NCBI GenBank assembly: GCA_016931955.1
Contig: JAFGDV010000007.1
Location: 1 to 47,222, forward strand
Direction of reading: 5' to 3'
Length of the DNA: 47,222 nucleotides
Source of the DNA: Candidatus Altiarchaeota archaeon
Lineage (GTDB): Archaea > Altiarchaeota > Altiarchaeia > IMC4 > QMZM01
Position numbers and translations under genes: made by a program. Shown piece by piece: positions 8,729 through 19,396 of this stretch (positions are counted from its first letter, which is position 1; every line of letters starts with the position of its first letter). The notes beneath the pieces are model-generated. The model worked only from the letters and a program-made list of their open reading frames with translations, did no database searches and was not told the DNA's origin.

Positions 8729-10813
8729 CTATTTTTTATTTATCTCCTCTTTTATTCCTTCCGCCGTCTTCTCTCCTACTAAACTCTTAAGTTTCCTTAT
8801 GTCTGCCTTCTTCAGGTCGCTGATTGACTTAAAGCCTTCATTCCATAGTTTCCTCGCCCTCACCCTGCCGATGCCTTTTATGCTGACGAGGGGTAGCAGC
8901 TCATCCTTTACGCCATACTTTATCCTTGTCTCAAGCCTCTTCATCTCCTTCAATGAGTTCTTGAATCCAAGCAGCTTGGAAAGCTCAGCTGAGGAATACA
9001 CAAGCCACTCCGCTATCTGCAGCTTCTGGTACAGGATTCCTGGAGCAACATTATATGACTCCATTATAGTGTCCTCAGAAACCTCATTGATCCAGAACTC
9101 CAGTAGTCTGGCTGTCTTGAATCTCTCCAAGAATCTGGGGTCCAAATCAAACCCGTCAAGGTCCCTGAACAATTTCTCTGAGGAATGATACGCTTCCTCC
9201 CAAAGCATCTGCTCATCCTGCCTCTTCACATGGAGCAAGGACAGCTCAGATGAATCACAGAGCATCTCCAGTAATCCCAGAACTGGGAACCTGTTTTCTT
9301 CCTCCGCCTTCCCAAGGATCGTTATATAGTTCTCAGCCGTCCGGGGGTCTATGTAGAGCTCAGACACCCTCCTCCCCAGTGCTGTGGGTATAAGGAACCT
9401 GGATTCCTGTTTTATGAACCCGGATCCTTCAAGCCTGTTCAGTATCTTCTTGAGTTGGGCTTCGAAGCCCTCCAACCCATACTGGTGCCCGAAGAAGGTT
9501 GAACGGAAGAACTCCATCAATGCGTTCTCTGTCCTTGTGAAACCTGATGCAATGGATGCGAGCATATGGAACCTGAGGACGGGCTCCACACCCAGCCGTG
9601 AATATATTGCTTCCACTTCACCGTTCACGTATTTTTCAATGAAGAATTCCCTTTCAGAGTCGGTTCTAGCTAAGAGTATGGCTTTTCCGTATGTGTCGTA
9701 TTTCGGCCTCCCTGCGCGGCCAACCTGTTGCTTGTATTCTAGGACTGGGATGTAATCGAGCTCGCCTTCGCCGTATCTTTGAACATCCCTTACTATCACA
9801 GTCCTTGAAGGCAGGTTGACACCCGCCGCAAGCGTCGGTGTTGCGACAATAACCTTAACCAGACCTTCCTTGAATGCGTCCTCCACCAGGATCCTCTGCT
9901 TGTTTGTCACGCCTGCGTGATGGAATGCAGTCCCCGATATTATACAGTCCCTGAGTTTTCTGCACTGGGTTGTCGGCGTCGACAACGCCGATAATATGTC
10001 TTCCCCGACCAGCTCTAAGTCCTCTCGTTGGCCTTCTTCAACCAGCTTCAGTTCTTCGCCGAGTTTTTCTGCGACGGATTCTGAGCTCTTCCTTGAGTTA
10101 ACGAAGACCAGGACCTGACCTCCCTCTGAGACTGAATCCTGGACCAGCTTCTTCAGTTTACCGTATTTGTCTCTTCCGACCTCAACCTCCTCAATAAGCT
10201 CCACTGGCCTCCAATCTGAGAGCAGGAGCCCCGCATTCAACCAGTGAGCGAGCTCTCCTGCATTGCCTATGGTTGCTGATAACGCCAGTACCTGTAGATC
10301 GCCGAAGAGCATCTGGAATTTCGAGACCAGGATCTCGTAGACTGGGCCCCTGTCTGATGCTATCAAGTGCACCTCATCCATGACCAGCACTCCGGTATTC
10401 TGGAACCATTCGGGTCTGGATCGGAGTATGGAATCACATTTTTCCGCTGTCGTTACCAGTAAATCGAAGTCTAGTCTATTCTTGTACCTTGAAGAATCCA
10501 TGTCACCCATCTCAAGCCTCACCTTAAGGCCTATGTCTTCATACTTGTGGAATTCACGGAATTTCTCGTATGCTAGAGCCCTCAATGGAACCACATAGAC
10601 CGCCTTCTTTCCCTCATCGAGCGCCTTCGCCATCAATATCTCTGCCGCGAAGGTCTTCCCTGAGGCTGTTGGAGTGCACAATACCATGTTCTTTTTTTCT
10701 TCGAGAATGCCGCTTTCCACCAGCTGCTCCTGAGGCGGATAGAGCTCCCTTACACCCACGGACTTATAGAGGGTGATGAACTTCTTCGGCAGAGGAACCT
10801 CTTCAATAAGCAT
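8729..10813 (-). CDS. hel308: Ski2-like DNA helicase Hel308/Hjm
   Basis: PTASGKT, DEVH, LSAT, FHHAG, TPTLAAGVNLP, GRAGRP and C-terminal HhH IKGIGRVRARKL. Confidence 0.92.
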   Translation of the reverse strand: MLIEEVPLPKKFITLYKSVGVRELYPPQEQLVESGILEEKKNMVLCTPTASGKTFAAEILMAKALDEGKKAVYVVPLRALAYEKFREFHKYEDIGLKVRLEMGDMDSSRYKNRLDFDLLVTTAEKCDSILRSRPEWFQNTGVLVMDEVHLIASDRGPVYEILVSKFQMLFGDLQVLALSATIGNAGELAHWLNAGLLLSDWRPVELIEEVEVGRDKYGKLKKLVQDSVSEGGQVLVFVNSRKSSESVAEKLGEELKLVEEGQREDLELVGEDILSALSTPTTQCRKLRDCIISGTAFHHAGVTNKQRILVEDAFKEGLVKVIVATPTLAAGVNLPSRTVIVRDVQRYGEGELDYIPVLEYKQQVGRAGRPKYDTYGKAILLARTDSEREFFIEKYVNGEVEAIYSRLGVEPVLRFHMLASIASGFTRTENALMEFFRSTFFGHQYGLEGFEAQLKKILNRLEGSGFIKQESRFLIPTALGRRVSELYIDPRTAENYITILGKAEEENRFPVLGLLEMLCDSSELSLLHVKRQDEQMLWEEAYHSSEKLFRDLDGFDLDPRFLERFKTARLLEFWINEVSEDTIMESYNVAPGILYQKLQIAEWLVYSSAELSKLLGFKNSLKEMKRLETRIKYGVKDELLPLVSIKGIGRVRARKLWNEGFKSISDLKKADIRKLKSLVGEKTAEGIKEEINKK

Positions 10814-10814
10814 T

Positions 10815-11306
10815 TTATTTCTTCAGCTGCTTCCTAACGTAGGCTATCAGGCCGCCTGAATCGATCAACTTGAGTAGAAATTCAGGTAAAGAATGGAATC
10901 CGTATTCTTTCCCAGTCACTTGGTTCCTTATTAACCCTCCTTCGAAATCTATCTCCACTACTTCGCCGTCTTCTGCTTCTACAACGCATTCCACCACAGG
11001 CAGGCCGATGTTTATCGAGTTACGATAGAAGATTCTGGCGAATGACTCCGCTACAACACACGCTATCCCCACACCCATCAAAGCCCTTGGCGCATGCTCC
11101 CTTGAAGAGCCGCAGCCGAAGTTTCTCCCAGCAACGATGACGTCACCCACCCTAGCCTCCTTGTAGAACCCTGGGCGGACGTTCTCGAAGGCGTGCTTGC
11201 CCAGCTCCTTAGGATCACCAGTCACCAGATACTTCGCTGGTATGATCTGATCCGTATCGATGTTGTCCCCAAAGCGCCAGACCCTCCCCTTTATTTTCTT
11301 ATTCAT
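10815..11306 (-). CDS. leuD: 3-isopropylmalate dehydratase small subunit
   Basis: [10 protein letters not shown] and [11 protein letters not shown]. The YLVT loop is closer to LeuD than to homoaconitase HacB (YLRT). Confidence 0.85.
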   Translation of the reverse strand: MNKKIKGRVWRFGDNIDTDQIIPAKYLVTGDPKELGKHAFENVRPGFYKEARVGDVIVAGRNFGCGSSREHAPRALMGVGIACVVAESFARIFYRNSINIGLPVVECVVEAEDGEVVEIDFEGGLIRNQVTGKEYGFHSLPEFLLKLIDSGGLIAYVRKQLKK

Positions 11307-11506
11307 ACTATCCCCTCAGGATTCTCAGGCATTATTATCGCGCAGATGATGTAGGCTATCACTCCAGGCAACACCCCGAAGGCTGTTATTATCACCCACC
11401 CTGCTCTGACAACCGTTGGATCCAGATCAAAGTATTCTGCGATCCCCCCACATACACCAGCGATCATCCTGTTCTTCTTCGACCTGTAAAGCCTCTTCTC
11501 GACCAT
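11303..11506 (-). CDS. pspC: PspC-domain membrane protein
   Basis: KRLYRS..NRMIAGVCGGIAEYF..DPT.VR followed by a TM helix. Confidence 0.9.
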   Translation of the reverse strand: MVEKRLYRSKKNRMIAGVCGGIAEYFDLDPTVVRAGWVIITAFGVLPGVIAYIICAIIMPENPEGIV

Positions 11507-11507
11507 T

Positions 11508-12761
11508 TTATCTTAATTCATTCGGGTCCGTTATCCTGCCAGTTAACGCGGATGCTGCCACAACAGCCGGACTCGCTAGGTATACCTTAGATTCCTTGTC
11601 CCCCATCCTGCCAACGAAGTTCCTGTTCGTTGAAGAAACACACACTTCACCCTTTGCGAGGACGCCCATGTATCCGCCAAGGCAGGCGCCGCACGTCGGC
11701 CCAGCGACATAGGCGTCGGCGTCCATGAAAACCTTCAATAGACCCTCCTCCATGGCCTGCTCGAATACGGCCTTACTTGCCGGGACCACGATCATTCTAA
11801 CGCCTTCCTTTATCCTCTTCCCCTTCAGGATTTCGGCAGCCATCCTTAGGTCTTCTATTCGTCCATTAGTACATGAGCCCAGATAGGCTTGGTCTATTTC
11901 TATGCTACCTAACTCGGATGCTGGGGCGGTGTTCTCTGGGAGGAATGGCTTAGCGACCGTGGGAACGATCTCCTCCGCATTGTATTCGAGTTTCTCCGAA
12001 TAGGCAGCGTCAGGATCGGAATACACCGCCTTGTATGTGCCCTTGACCCTGCCATTTAGGTAATCAAAGACCTTCTCGTCCGCGGGTATTATGCCCGCCT
12101 TACCGCCTGCTTCAATCGCCATGTTCGCGATGGTTATCCTATCAGAAAGCGGAAGTGAGGATATCGCTGTGCCGTAAAACTCCATCGTCTTATAGAGCGC
12201 GCCGTCGACACCGATGTCCCCTATTATCGTAAGGATTATGTCTTTACCCATCACGTATTTCCCAAGTTTCCCTTCTATAGTGTACTTCTGAGTCTCTGGG
12301 ACCTTGAACCATAGCCTTCCGGTTGCCATCACGGCAGCTGCCTCCGTCGAACCTACGCCAGTAGCGAACGCCCCGAGTGCGCCGTAGCTGCAGGTGTGCG
12401 AGTCAGCCCCTATGATAAGCCTTCCTGGGGTGACGAAGCCTTCCTCTATCATCAGTTGATGGCATACGCCGCCTTTCCCAATCTCAAAGTAGTTTTTTAT
12501 CCCATATTTTTCCGCGAACACCCGCATTGCCTTCGCCTGCTCCGCCGACGCCACATCTTTGTTTGGAACATAGTGGTCTGGGATGAGCACAATCTTTTCC
12601 TTCTTCGGCTTCGTCTGGAATTCCTCGAATACCTCGAAGGCTGGAAGCCCTGTGACGTCGTTGAGCATTACATAGTCTACCTCGGCCTCAACTATTTCAC
12701 CTGCCTCTACATTCTTTTTCCCTGACTTCTCAGCCAATATCTTCTCCGATATGGTGGACAT
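11508..12761 (-). CDS. leuC: 3-isopropylmalate dehydratase large subunit
   Basis: GADSHTC, GSCTNGR, CGACLG and STNRNF aconitase-family motifs. Confidence 0.88.
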   Translation of the reverse strand: MSTISEKILAEKSGKKNVEAGEIVEAEVDYVMLNDVTGLPAFEVFEEFQTKPKKEKIVLIPDHYVPNKDVASAEQAKAMRVFAEKYGIKNYFEIGKGGVCHQLMIEEGFVTPGRLIIGADSHTCSYGALGAFATGVGSTEAAAVMATGRLWFKVPETQKYTIEGKLGKYVMGKDIILTIIGDIGVDGALYKTMEFYGTAISSLPLSDRITIANMAIEAGGKAGIIPADEKVFDYLNGRVKGTYKAVYSDPDAAYSEKLEYNAEEIVPTVAKPFLPENTAPASELGSIEIDQAYLGSCTNGRIEDLRMAAEILKGKRIKEGVRMIVVPASKAVFEQAMEEGLLKVFMDADAYVAGPTCGACLGGYMGVLAKGEVCVSSTNRNFVGRMGDKESKVYLASPAVVAASALTGRITDPNELR

Positions 12762-12790
12762 GTTAATACTTCAGATTGTGGTTTAAAGAA

Positions 12791-13891
12791 TTATGTTGAT
12801 AGTACCTTCTTCCTCTGAGCCATACGGTAGCCGCATACGACCTGCCTGAAGCCAGACATTTTTTTGTCAATATCCCCGTCTCCCGTGTCTACCAGCAGAT
12901 GCGGGGTGTTCGCCAGTTTATGGGGCGTCGCCACTATGATGATGTTTTCTATCCCCACCTTCTTTATAACCTTGGGCGAGATCTGCTGGCTCCCTCTCCC
13001 GAATATGAAGCCCTGAGCGCCTATTACCCCAACTATGATCTTCGCCTTTTCTCTCTTACCCAGGAAGCTGAGGATCTGTTTCTCGTTAACATCCCTTGCA
13101 ATAAGTCTCCCGTCTTTCACTAAATCCACCCCCAAAAGTGTTCCCTCAAGTCCCATTAAATCAAGGATTTTTTTTGTGGTCGAACCCGCACCTATTATGT
13201 AAAGGGGGTCATCCCTCATGAATTCCAGGGCGAATCTTGCGATGTTCTCCTTCGACTGCTCGTCGCTCTCCTCATTGAAGATGAATTTTCTGCCTTGGAC
13301 CAGTTCAGGCTTATATGGTACCTTAGCGTAGCCGAAAAGTTTAACGTCTATCCTATCATCCCTGTAGGCTTCCTCGTCTACGTCCATCACCTCCGCGTCC
13401 TTTAGCTGCAGCTCCCCATTCAGGAAACCAGTAATTACCTCGGCGGCTGTTCTTGGATTGATCGAAAAAACTGCGGAATGCATCTTCACACCTGAGGGCA
13501 CTCCAAGGATCGGTATCTTGTCCTTAACAATAGAGTAGACGTCTCTGGCTGTGCCGTCGCCGCCGCAGAAAAGTATTAGATCAGTCTTCTCTTTGAGGAA
13601 TATCCTGCAGGCCTCTCTTGTATCCTCTGCGGTAGTCTCTTCTCCCAGAGAATAGACTATTTCAGGAGCAACGCCGACCTCGCGCAGGATGTCTCCACCC
13701 ATCACCCCCGAGCATGCGAGAAACTTCACTCCATAGCCCGCTAATCCCTCCAATGCATTCTTCGCCCTCTCCTGCGCCATGGGCTTCGCCCCTCTCCTCA
13801 AAGCCTCCTCCACTAAGCCGTCCGTCCCCTTCAAGCCCACGGAGCCGCCCATGCCAGCTACCGGGTTCACTATGAAGCCTATGGTTTTCAT
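12791..13891 (-). CDS. ATP-NAD kinase / AcoX-like family protein
   Basis: NPVAGMGG.VGLKGTDG, GGDGTARD, GVKMHS, GRGSQQ. Confidence 0.85.
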   Translation of the reverse strand: MKTIGFIVNPVAGMGGSVGLKGTDGLVEEALRRGAKPMAQERAKNALEGLAGYGVKFLACSGVMGGDILREVGVAPEIVYSLGEETTAEDTREACRIFLKEKTDLILFCGGDGTARDVYSIVKDKIPILGVPSGVKMHSAVFSINPRTAAEVITGFLNGELQLKDAEVMDVDEEAYRDDRIDVKLFGYAKVPYKPELVQGRKFIFNEESDEQSKENIARFALEFMRDDPLYIIGAGSTTKKILDLMGLEGTLLGVDLVKDGRLIARDVNEKQILSFLGKREKAKIIVGVIGAQGFIFGRGSQQISPKVIKKVGIENIIIVATPHKLANTPHLLVDTGDGDIDKKMSGFRQVVCGYRMAQRKKVLST

Positions 13892-14601
13892 ATCTCCAAT
13901 AGATTCAGGTCTTCTGGGATAAAAATCTGTGGGAAAATCTCCCCTGCTTCCTCCAGTTTCTTCTTCGGGTTTTCTTTCCTGCTCACATGCACTACTGCAA
14001 GATTCTTTGCATTGGATTCTCCGGCGAACTTTGCCGCCTCTACCATTGAAGAATGCCCTCTTATGCCTTCCACGTAGCCCTCAGCTATCAATAAGTCAGA
14101 ATCCTCCGCTAGCTTTTTCGCCTCCGCTGTAGGGCTTCCATCCCCGGTATATGTCACCTTCTTCCCGTCTTTCTCTATGGAGACGGCCTTGCATTCCACT
14201 GGGTGCTGCATTGAGGCGAATTTGATTCTGTATCCCTCATAGTCTACGTCGACTGCTTCACGTATCTCTACCACGAAGCCCAGATCATCCATCTTTTTCC
14301 TGTATGCCATATGCAGCAGATCCGTCAAGTATTTTTCTACTCCAGGGGGGCCTATCATCTGCAACCTGTTTTTCCTTGACTCCTCCCTGCAGGTCACCAG
14401 AAAAGAAGGCAATCCGAAGCAGTGGTCTGCGTGCAGGTGTGATATATAGATCATTTTGATCTCGTTAAAGTCAATCTCGGCTTTGAAGAGCTGCTGCACC
14501 GTAGACAGACCACAGTCTAGGAGGATTACTCCATCCACTAAGATGCTGGTGTTCGCCTTCTCGCTGAAGGCTTCCCCTACGCCGAGGAATAGGATCTCCA
14601 T
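13888..14601 (-). CDS. Metallo-beta-lactamase fold hydrolase (RNase Z-like)
   Basis: LLDCG, SHLHADH, YTGD and a C-terminal H. Confidence 0.85.
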   Translation of the reverse strand: MEILFLGVGEAFSEKANTSILVDGVILLDCGLSTVQQLFKAEIDFNEIKMIYISHLHADHCFGLPSFLVTCREESRKNRLQMIGPPGVEKYLTDLLHMAYRKKMDDLGFVVEIREAVDVDYEGYRIKFASMQHPVECKAVSIEKDGKKVTYTGDGSPTAEAKKLAEDSDLLIAEGYVEGIRGHSSMVEAAKFAGESNAKNLAVVHVSRKENPKKKLEEAGEIFPQIFIPEDLNLLEI

Positions 14602-14628
14602 GATAAAAAAAATAGGAAAAGAAAGAAG

Positions 14629-15987
14629 TTAAGGCTTCGGCAGATTCGCAAGCGCCTGTTTCACCAGATCCGCAGGGTATTCATAATCCATTAATTTTCC
14701 TTCATGGTACTGGTCATATGCTGACAGATCGAAGTGCCCGTGTCCGCTGTTGTTGAATAAGATAACCTTCTCCTCTCCAGTCTTCTTGCACTTTAAGGCT
14801 TCGTCTATTGTGGCTTTCACGCAGTGCGCTGTTTCTGGCGCGACCACGAAGCCCTCCGTTCTCGCGAAGGTTTCGGCTGCCTTGAAGACCTCGTTCTGGT
14901 GGTAGGCTTTGGCCTTCATGTAGCCTTCTTTGTACAGCTTGCAGAGGATTGGAGCGTCTCCATGGTATCTGAGACCGCCTGCGTGTATCGGCGCAGGAAC
15001 GAAGTCGTGGCCAAGGGTGTACATCATCACCACGGGAGCCATCTTCGCCGTGTCGCCGTAGTCGTATGCGTAGATTCCCTTAGTCAGCGTCGGACAGGCT
15101 GCTGGCTCGCAGTTAACAACCTCTAGGTCGGGTTTCTTGCCCTTCAGCTTGTCCTCCATGAAGGGTATGAACATCCCTCCAAAGTTGCTCCCTCCTCCAA
15201 CACACCCGCAGATGAAGTCCGGATACTGGTCTATCATCTCGAATTGTTTCTTGGCCTCCAATCCCTCTATGGTCTGGTGCAGCAGCACGTGATTCAGTAC
15301 TGAACCTATGGAGTAGTTCGTGTTGTCGTGTGTTGCAGCATCCTCCACAGCTTCTGAGATCGCTATCCCCAGGCTTCCTCCAGTGTTAGGATATTTTTCC
15401 CTTATCATCCTGCCCGCATTAGTCTTGTCCGTCGGGCTTGGAAAGCATTCAGCACCCCACGTCTCCATAAGGATTCGCCTATAGGGTTTCTGTTCGTAGC
15501 TGGCCTTTACCATGTAGACCGTACATTTTAAATCGAATAATGCGGTCGCGAACGATAGGGCCGAGCCCCACTGCCCTGCACCTGTCTCCGTGGAGAGCCT
15601 CTCTATTCCGGCCTCGGCGTTATAGTATGCTTGAGGTACGGCAGTATTCGGCTTGTGGCTTCCCGGCGGGCTTACACCCTCCCATTTATAGTAGATCTTC
15701 GCCGGCGTCTTCAATGCCTTCTCAAGTCTAAGAGCCCTGTATAGAGGAGACGGCCTCCAGAGCCTGTAGACTTCCTGCACCTCCTCCGGTATTGGGATGT
15801 GTCTTTCGCTGCTCATTTCCTGCTTTATGACCTCCATCGGAAAGATCACCTTCATGTCATCCGGGCCTAGAGGCTTCAATGTCTGCGGATTCAATGGCGG
15901 GTCGATCGGCGACGGCAGATCAGGCAGTATGTTGTACCATTTCGTCGGCATCTCGTCCTCTTCTAGAAATATTTTCGTCTGCTTCAT
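14629..15987 (-). CDS. trpB2: Tryptophan synthase beta chain 2
   Basis: WYNI, SHKPNTA (PLP Lys), [25 protein letters not shown]. Confidence 0.93.
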   Translation of the reverse strand: MKQTKIFLEEDEMPTKWYNILPDLPSPIDPPLNPQTLKPLGPDDMKVIFPMEVIKQEMSSERHIPIPEEVQEVYRLWRPSPLYRALRLEKALKTPAKIYYKWEGVSPPGSHKPNTAVPQAYYNAEAGIERLSTETGAGQWGSALSFATALFDLKCTVYMVKASYEQKPYRRILMETWGAECFPSPTDKTNAGRMIREKYPNTGGSLGIAISEAVEDAATHDNTNYSIGSVLNHVLLHQTIEGLEAKKQFEMIDQYPDFICGCVGGGSNFGGMFIPFMEDKLKGKKPDLEVVNCEPAACPTLTKGIYAYDYGDTAKMAPVVMMYTLGHDFVPAPIHAGGLRYHGDAPILCKLYKEGYMKAKAYHQNEVFKAAETFARTEGFVVAPETAHCVKATIDEALKCKKTGEEKVILFNNSGHGHFDLSAYDQYHEGKLMDYEYPADLVKQALANLPKP

Positions 15988-16040
15988 TTTTTTTACCTCA
16001 TTTTTTAGCTTAACTTGATATCAGATAACTTGGAGCGGAT

Positions 16041-16071
16041 ATAAATAAGCTATTATGTACGACAACGTACA
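16041..16071 (-). promoter_or_regulatory. trpB2 promoter: TATA (16041-16048) with two TRP-box-like hexamers (TGTACG 16056-61, CGTACA 16066-71)
   Basis: Each hexamer is one mismatch from TGTACA, with the same 10-bp period as at trpE. Confidence 0.6.
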
Positions 16072-16862
16072 TTTTGTGTTGCCTTCTTCAACCTCCTTGA
16101 AAAATACCTCAACCCCTTTAGCATCTTTTCTCTATCACCTATGTTCTCTTCAATGATTCTGACGAAGGCGCTGCCGACTATCACTGCATCGGCTCCGGCC
16201 TCGATAGCCTCAGAAACATGCTCCTCCTTGGAAATACCGAAGCCCACAGCCAAAGGGATCTCATCTGAGATTTGCTTTATCCTCTCCAACAGGGGCTTCA
16301 AGCCAGAGGATATATGATCTCTCACACCAGTAACACCAAGGAGTGAGACAACGTAGAGGAATCCAGAAGAATCTTTAAGGATCCTCTGCAATCTTTCCTC
16401 GGTTGTGGTCTGAGCGACCAAGAAGATCAGGTTAACTTTGTGTCTCCTGCACGCTTTAAGCAGAGGCCCTGCCTCCTCGATCGGAAGATCAGGTACAATC
16501 AATCCATCAATCCCAGACCTTGAACAATCCCTGGCGAATTCATCTAAGCCCCTCCGAAGAACCAAGTTATAGTAGGTCAGACAGACCTTAGGTATTCCCT
16601 CTATTTTCTTAACCAGTTCAAAGAATACATCAGAATTCATCCCCGCCTTCAATGAACGCTCGCCAGCCTTTTGGATGGTTGGACCATCCGCTATTGGGTC
16701 AGAGAACGGCAAACCAAGCTCTATGATATCCACTCCTCCCCTGATCATCGCCCCCACGATGTCTATCGTGTCCTCGGGAGTGGGGTCTCCGGCTATCACG
16801 AAACCTATCAAGGCCCTTTCTTTTTTCCCCCTCAGTTCCCCGAACTTCTCTTCTATTCTCAT
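16053..16862 (-). CDS. trpA: Tryptophan synthase alpha chain
   Basis: [32 protein letters not shown]. Confidence 0.96.
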   Translation of the reverse strand: MRIEEKFGELRGKKERALIGFVIAGDPTPEDTIDIVGAMIRGGVDIIELGLPFSDPIADGPTIQKAGERSLKAGMNSDVFFELVKKIEGIPKVCLTYYNLVLRRGLDEFARDCSRSGIDGLIVPDLPIEEAGPLLKACRRHKVNLIFLVAQTTTEERLQRILKDSSGFLYVVSLLGVTGVRDHISSGLKPLLERIKQISDEIPLAVGFGISKEEHVSEAIEAGADAVIVGSAFVRIIEENIGDREKMLKGLRYFSRRLKKATQNVRCRT

Positions 16863-18046
16863 AGCTTCACCCCCAGCGCCTTAGCAACGGTGAACACATC
16901 TTTGTCCCCTCTCCCTGAGAGATTTACTATTATCGTCTGATCTCTTCCCATATCCTCAGCCATCTTCACCGCATGATATACTGCATGCGAGGACTCCAAT
17001 GCTGGTATGATCCCCTCTGATCTACTGAGCAACTTGAACGCCTCCAGTGCTTCCTTGTCTCTTACAGGGGTTACCCTGATCCTGCCCTTCCTCAGCAGAT
17101 AGCTCAGCTCCGGCCCAACCCCTGGATAGTCTAAGCCGGCTGAGATCGAATACGAGGTCTTTATCTGGCCGTATTCATCCTGCAGCAGCTTAGAGTAGGT
17201 CCCATGCAACACTCCATCGGTTCCAGCACATAGTGTGGCACCATGCTCTCCTGTCTCTATTCCCCTTCCGCCGGCTTCCACGCCGATCAATTCAACGTTA
17301 TCCTGCAGGAACTCGTAGAATATGCCTATGGCGTTGCTTCCGCCGCCGACGCATGCCACTACGGCGTCGGGCAGAGAGCCCTCTTTCTCCAAGAATTGTT
17401 TCCTTGTTTCCCTCCCTATGACTCGCTGCATTTCGCGGACAATCATCGGGTAAGGGTGTGGTCCCACTATGGAGCCTATCAGATAGTAGGTGGTTTCCAC
17501 GTTCGTAAGCCAGTCCCGCATCGCCTCATTTATTGCGTCCTTGAGCGTGCATGAGCCCGAGCTTACGGGGATAACCTTCCCCCCCATAAGCTCCATCCTG
17601 AAGACGTTCAACTTCTGTCTTTCTATGTCTTCTGTGCCCATGTAGACCTCACATTCCATTCCTAGGGCGGAGGCTGCTATCGCTGTCGCTACCCCGTGTT
17701 GTCCTGCCCCGGTTTCCGCGATAATACGTTTTTTCCCCATATTTCTGGCGAGCAGAGCCTGACCTAACGTGTTATTAAGTTTGTGAGCCCCTCCGTGGAC
17801 CAGGTCCTCCCTCTTCAGGTAGATCCTTGCGCCGTCTGCCTTCTCTGAGAGATTCTTAGCATAATAAAGTGGAGTGGGTCTTCCGGCGAACTCCTTGAGG
17901 TAGTATTCCAATTCTTGCCGGAATCCTGTATTCTTCCAGTATTCATTGAAGGCCTTCTCCAGTTTCTCCAGAGCAGGCATCAACACCTCTGGGGCGAATC
18001 TTCCGCCGTATTCCTCGAATCTGCCGCGTTTATCAGGTAGTTCCAT
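16859..18046 (-). CDS. trpB: Tryptophan synthase beta chain 1
   Basis: Start moved to MELPD (18046). [39 protein letters not shown]. Confidence 0.96.
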   Translation of the reverse strand: MELPDKRGRFEEYGGRFAPEVLMPALEKLEKAFNEYWKNTGFRQELEYYLKEFAGRPTPLYYAKNLSEKADGARIYLKREDLVHGGAHKLNNTLGQALLARNMGKKRIIAETGAGQHGVATAIAASALGMECEVYMGTEDIERQKLNVFRMELMGGKVIPVSSGSCTLKDAINEAMRDWLTNVETTYYLIGSIVGPHPYPMIVREMQRVIGRETRKQFLEKEGSLPDAVVACVGGGSNAIGIFYEFLQDNVELIGVEAGGRGIETGEHGATLCAGTDGVLHGTYSKLLQDEYGQIKTSYSISAGLDYPGVGPELSYLLRKGRIRVTPVRDKEALEAFKLLSRSEGIIPALESSHAVYHAVKMAEDMGRDQTIIVNLSGRGDKDVFTVAKALGVKL

Positions 18047-18668
18047 TTTTAGCTGCGTGTATAAATCTCTCCATCTTTTTTTCGTCCTTTCTTCTGAGAG
18101 TAGCTTCGACGCCAGTTGAAACATCCACACCGTAGGGGTTCACCTCGTCTATTGCCTTCTTCACATTATCTGGATTCAGGCCTCCTGCCAGTATGACCGG
18201 CACTTTGAGTTTTTTCCTTAATTCCTTGCTGATGCCCCAGTCGTGGACCCTGCCCGTACCCCCAAGAATTCCTTCCACGTGGGTGTCCAGTAGTAATGCA
18301 TCAACATAATCAAGGTACTTTATCGCATCCTCTAGGGAATCCCTGCCTGGGGTGATCTTCTTTATTATCCCCAGGTTTGTGTTCTCCCTTATGCCTCTGA
18401 CGAAGCCGTAGGATTCCACTCCATGCAATTGTATGTATTCCGCCTTCGTCTCCTCCAGTCTCTGGGCTTCTGCCACAGATTGGGGGATTGCTACAATAAT
18501 CTTTGAGGTGAACGGCGGGAGACTGGAGAATATCTCTTTCGCAGTCTTCCTGTCCACGTATCTGGGGCTTCCTCTGATGTTTACCACGCCGACTGCATCG
18601 GCGCCGTACGCTGCCGCCTTCAATGCGTCCTCCTTATTCGTTATGCCGCATATCTTTACCTTTGTCAT
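18033..18668 (-). CDS. trpF: Phosphoribosylanthranilate isomerase
   Basis: [32 protein letters not shown]. Confidence 0.95.
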   Translation of the reverse strand: MTKVKICGITNKEDALKAAAYGADAVGVVNIRGSPRYVDRKTAKEIFSSLPPFTSKIIVAIPQSVAEAQRLEETKAEYIQLHGVESYGFVRGIRENTNLGIIKKITPGRDSLEDAIKYLDYVDALLLDTHVEGILGGTGRVHDWGISKELRKKLKVPVILAGGLNPDNVKKAIDEVNPYGVDVSTGVEATLRRKDEKKMERFIHAAKNGTT

Positions 18669-19396
18669 TTCACGAACTCCATCACCTTTTCCTTGATGTT
18701 CTCAGACATGATTATGCTCGTCCCGATGAGGAAGGCTTTCGCGCCGGCCTTCTTAAGTCTCTCCATATCGTCTTTTGTCTTTATGCCACTCTCTGAGACC
18801 ACTATTTTGTTTTTTGGTATCTTTTTTGCCAGGTCTTCTGTAGTGCCTAACTCTATCCCCAGCGTCCGCAGATCCCTATTATTGATCCCTATCAACCTGG
18901 CCCCGGAATCCAGCGCAATCTCTAACTCATCCTCAGAGTGTGCTTCAACCAAGGCCTCCATACCCAGCCTGTGCGCTAAATCCACGAACTGCTTTGTTTT
19001 TCCCCTCAACAAGGAAGCAATCAATAAGACAGCATCAGCCCCTGCCCCGTAGCTTTCGTAGACCTGGAATTCATCCACTATGAAGTCCTTCCTCAGAACC
19101 GGTATCTTCAATGCTTTCTTGACCTCCCTCAGATCGCACAGCTTCCCATCAAAGTGTTTATCCGTTAAGACAGAGATACCGCATGCCCTGCCTTCTTCCA
19201 TCTGCATTGCAGCCTCCACCGGATCCACTTCCCTTATCGCCCCATGACTGGGGCTCTTTTTCTTCACTTCCGCGATAACTGGATTAAAGCCCATCTCCCC
19301 TGCTCTCTCTATTGCGGAGATGAGGCTCCTCCTCTCACTTAAAGCCTTTACCTCCCTTAGCTTCTCATCCCTTACCGCATCTATATTGAATTTCAT
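18665..19396 (-). CDS. trpC: Indole-3-glycerol phosphate synthase
   Basis: IAEVKKKSPS, SVLTD, LRKDFI, GINNRDL, SESGI. Confidence 0.95.
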   Translation of the reverse strand: MKFNIDAVRDEKLREVKALSERRSLISAIERAGEMGFNPVIAEVKKKSPSHGAIREVDPVEAAMQMEEGRACGISVLTDKHFDGKLCDLREVKKALKIPVLRKDFIVDEFQVYESYGAGADAVLLIASLLRGKTKQFVDLAHRLGMEALVEAHSEDELEIALDSGARLIGINNRDLRTLGIELGTTEDLAKKIPKNKIVVSESGIKTKDDMERLKKAGAKAFLIGTSIIMSENIKEKVMEFVK

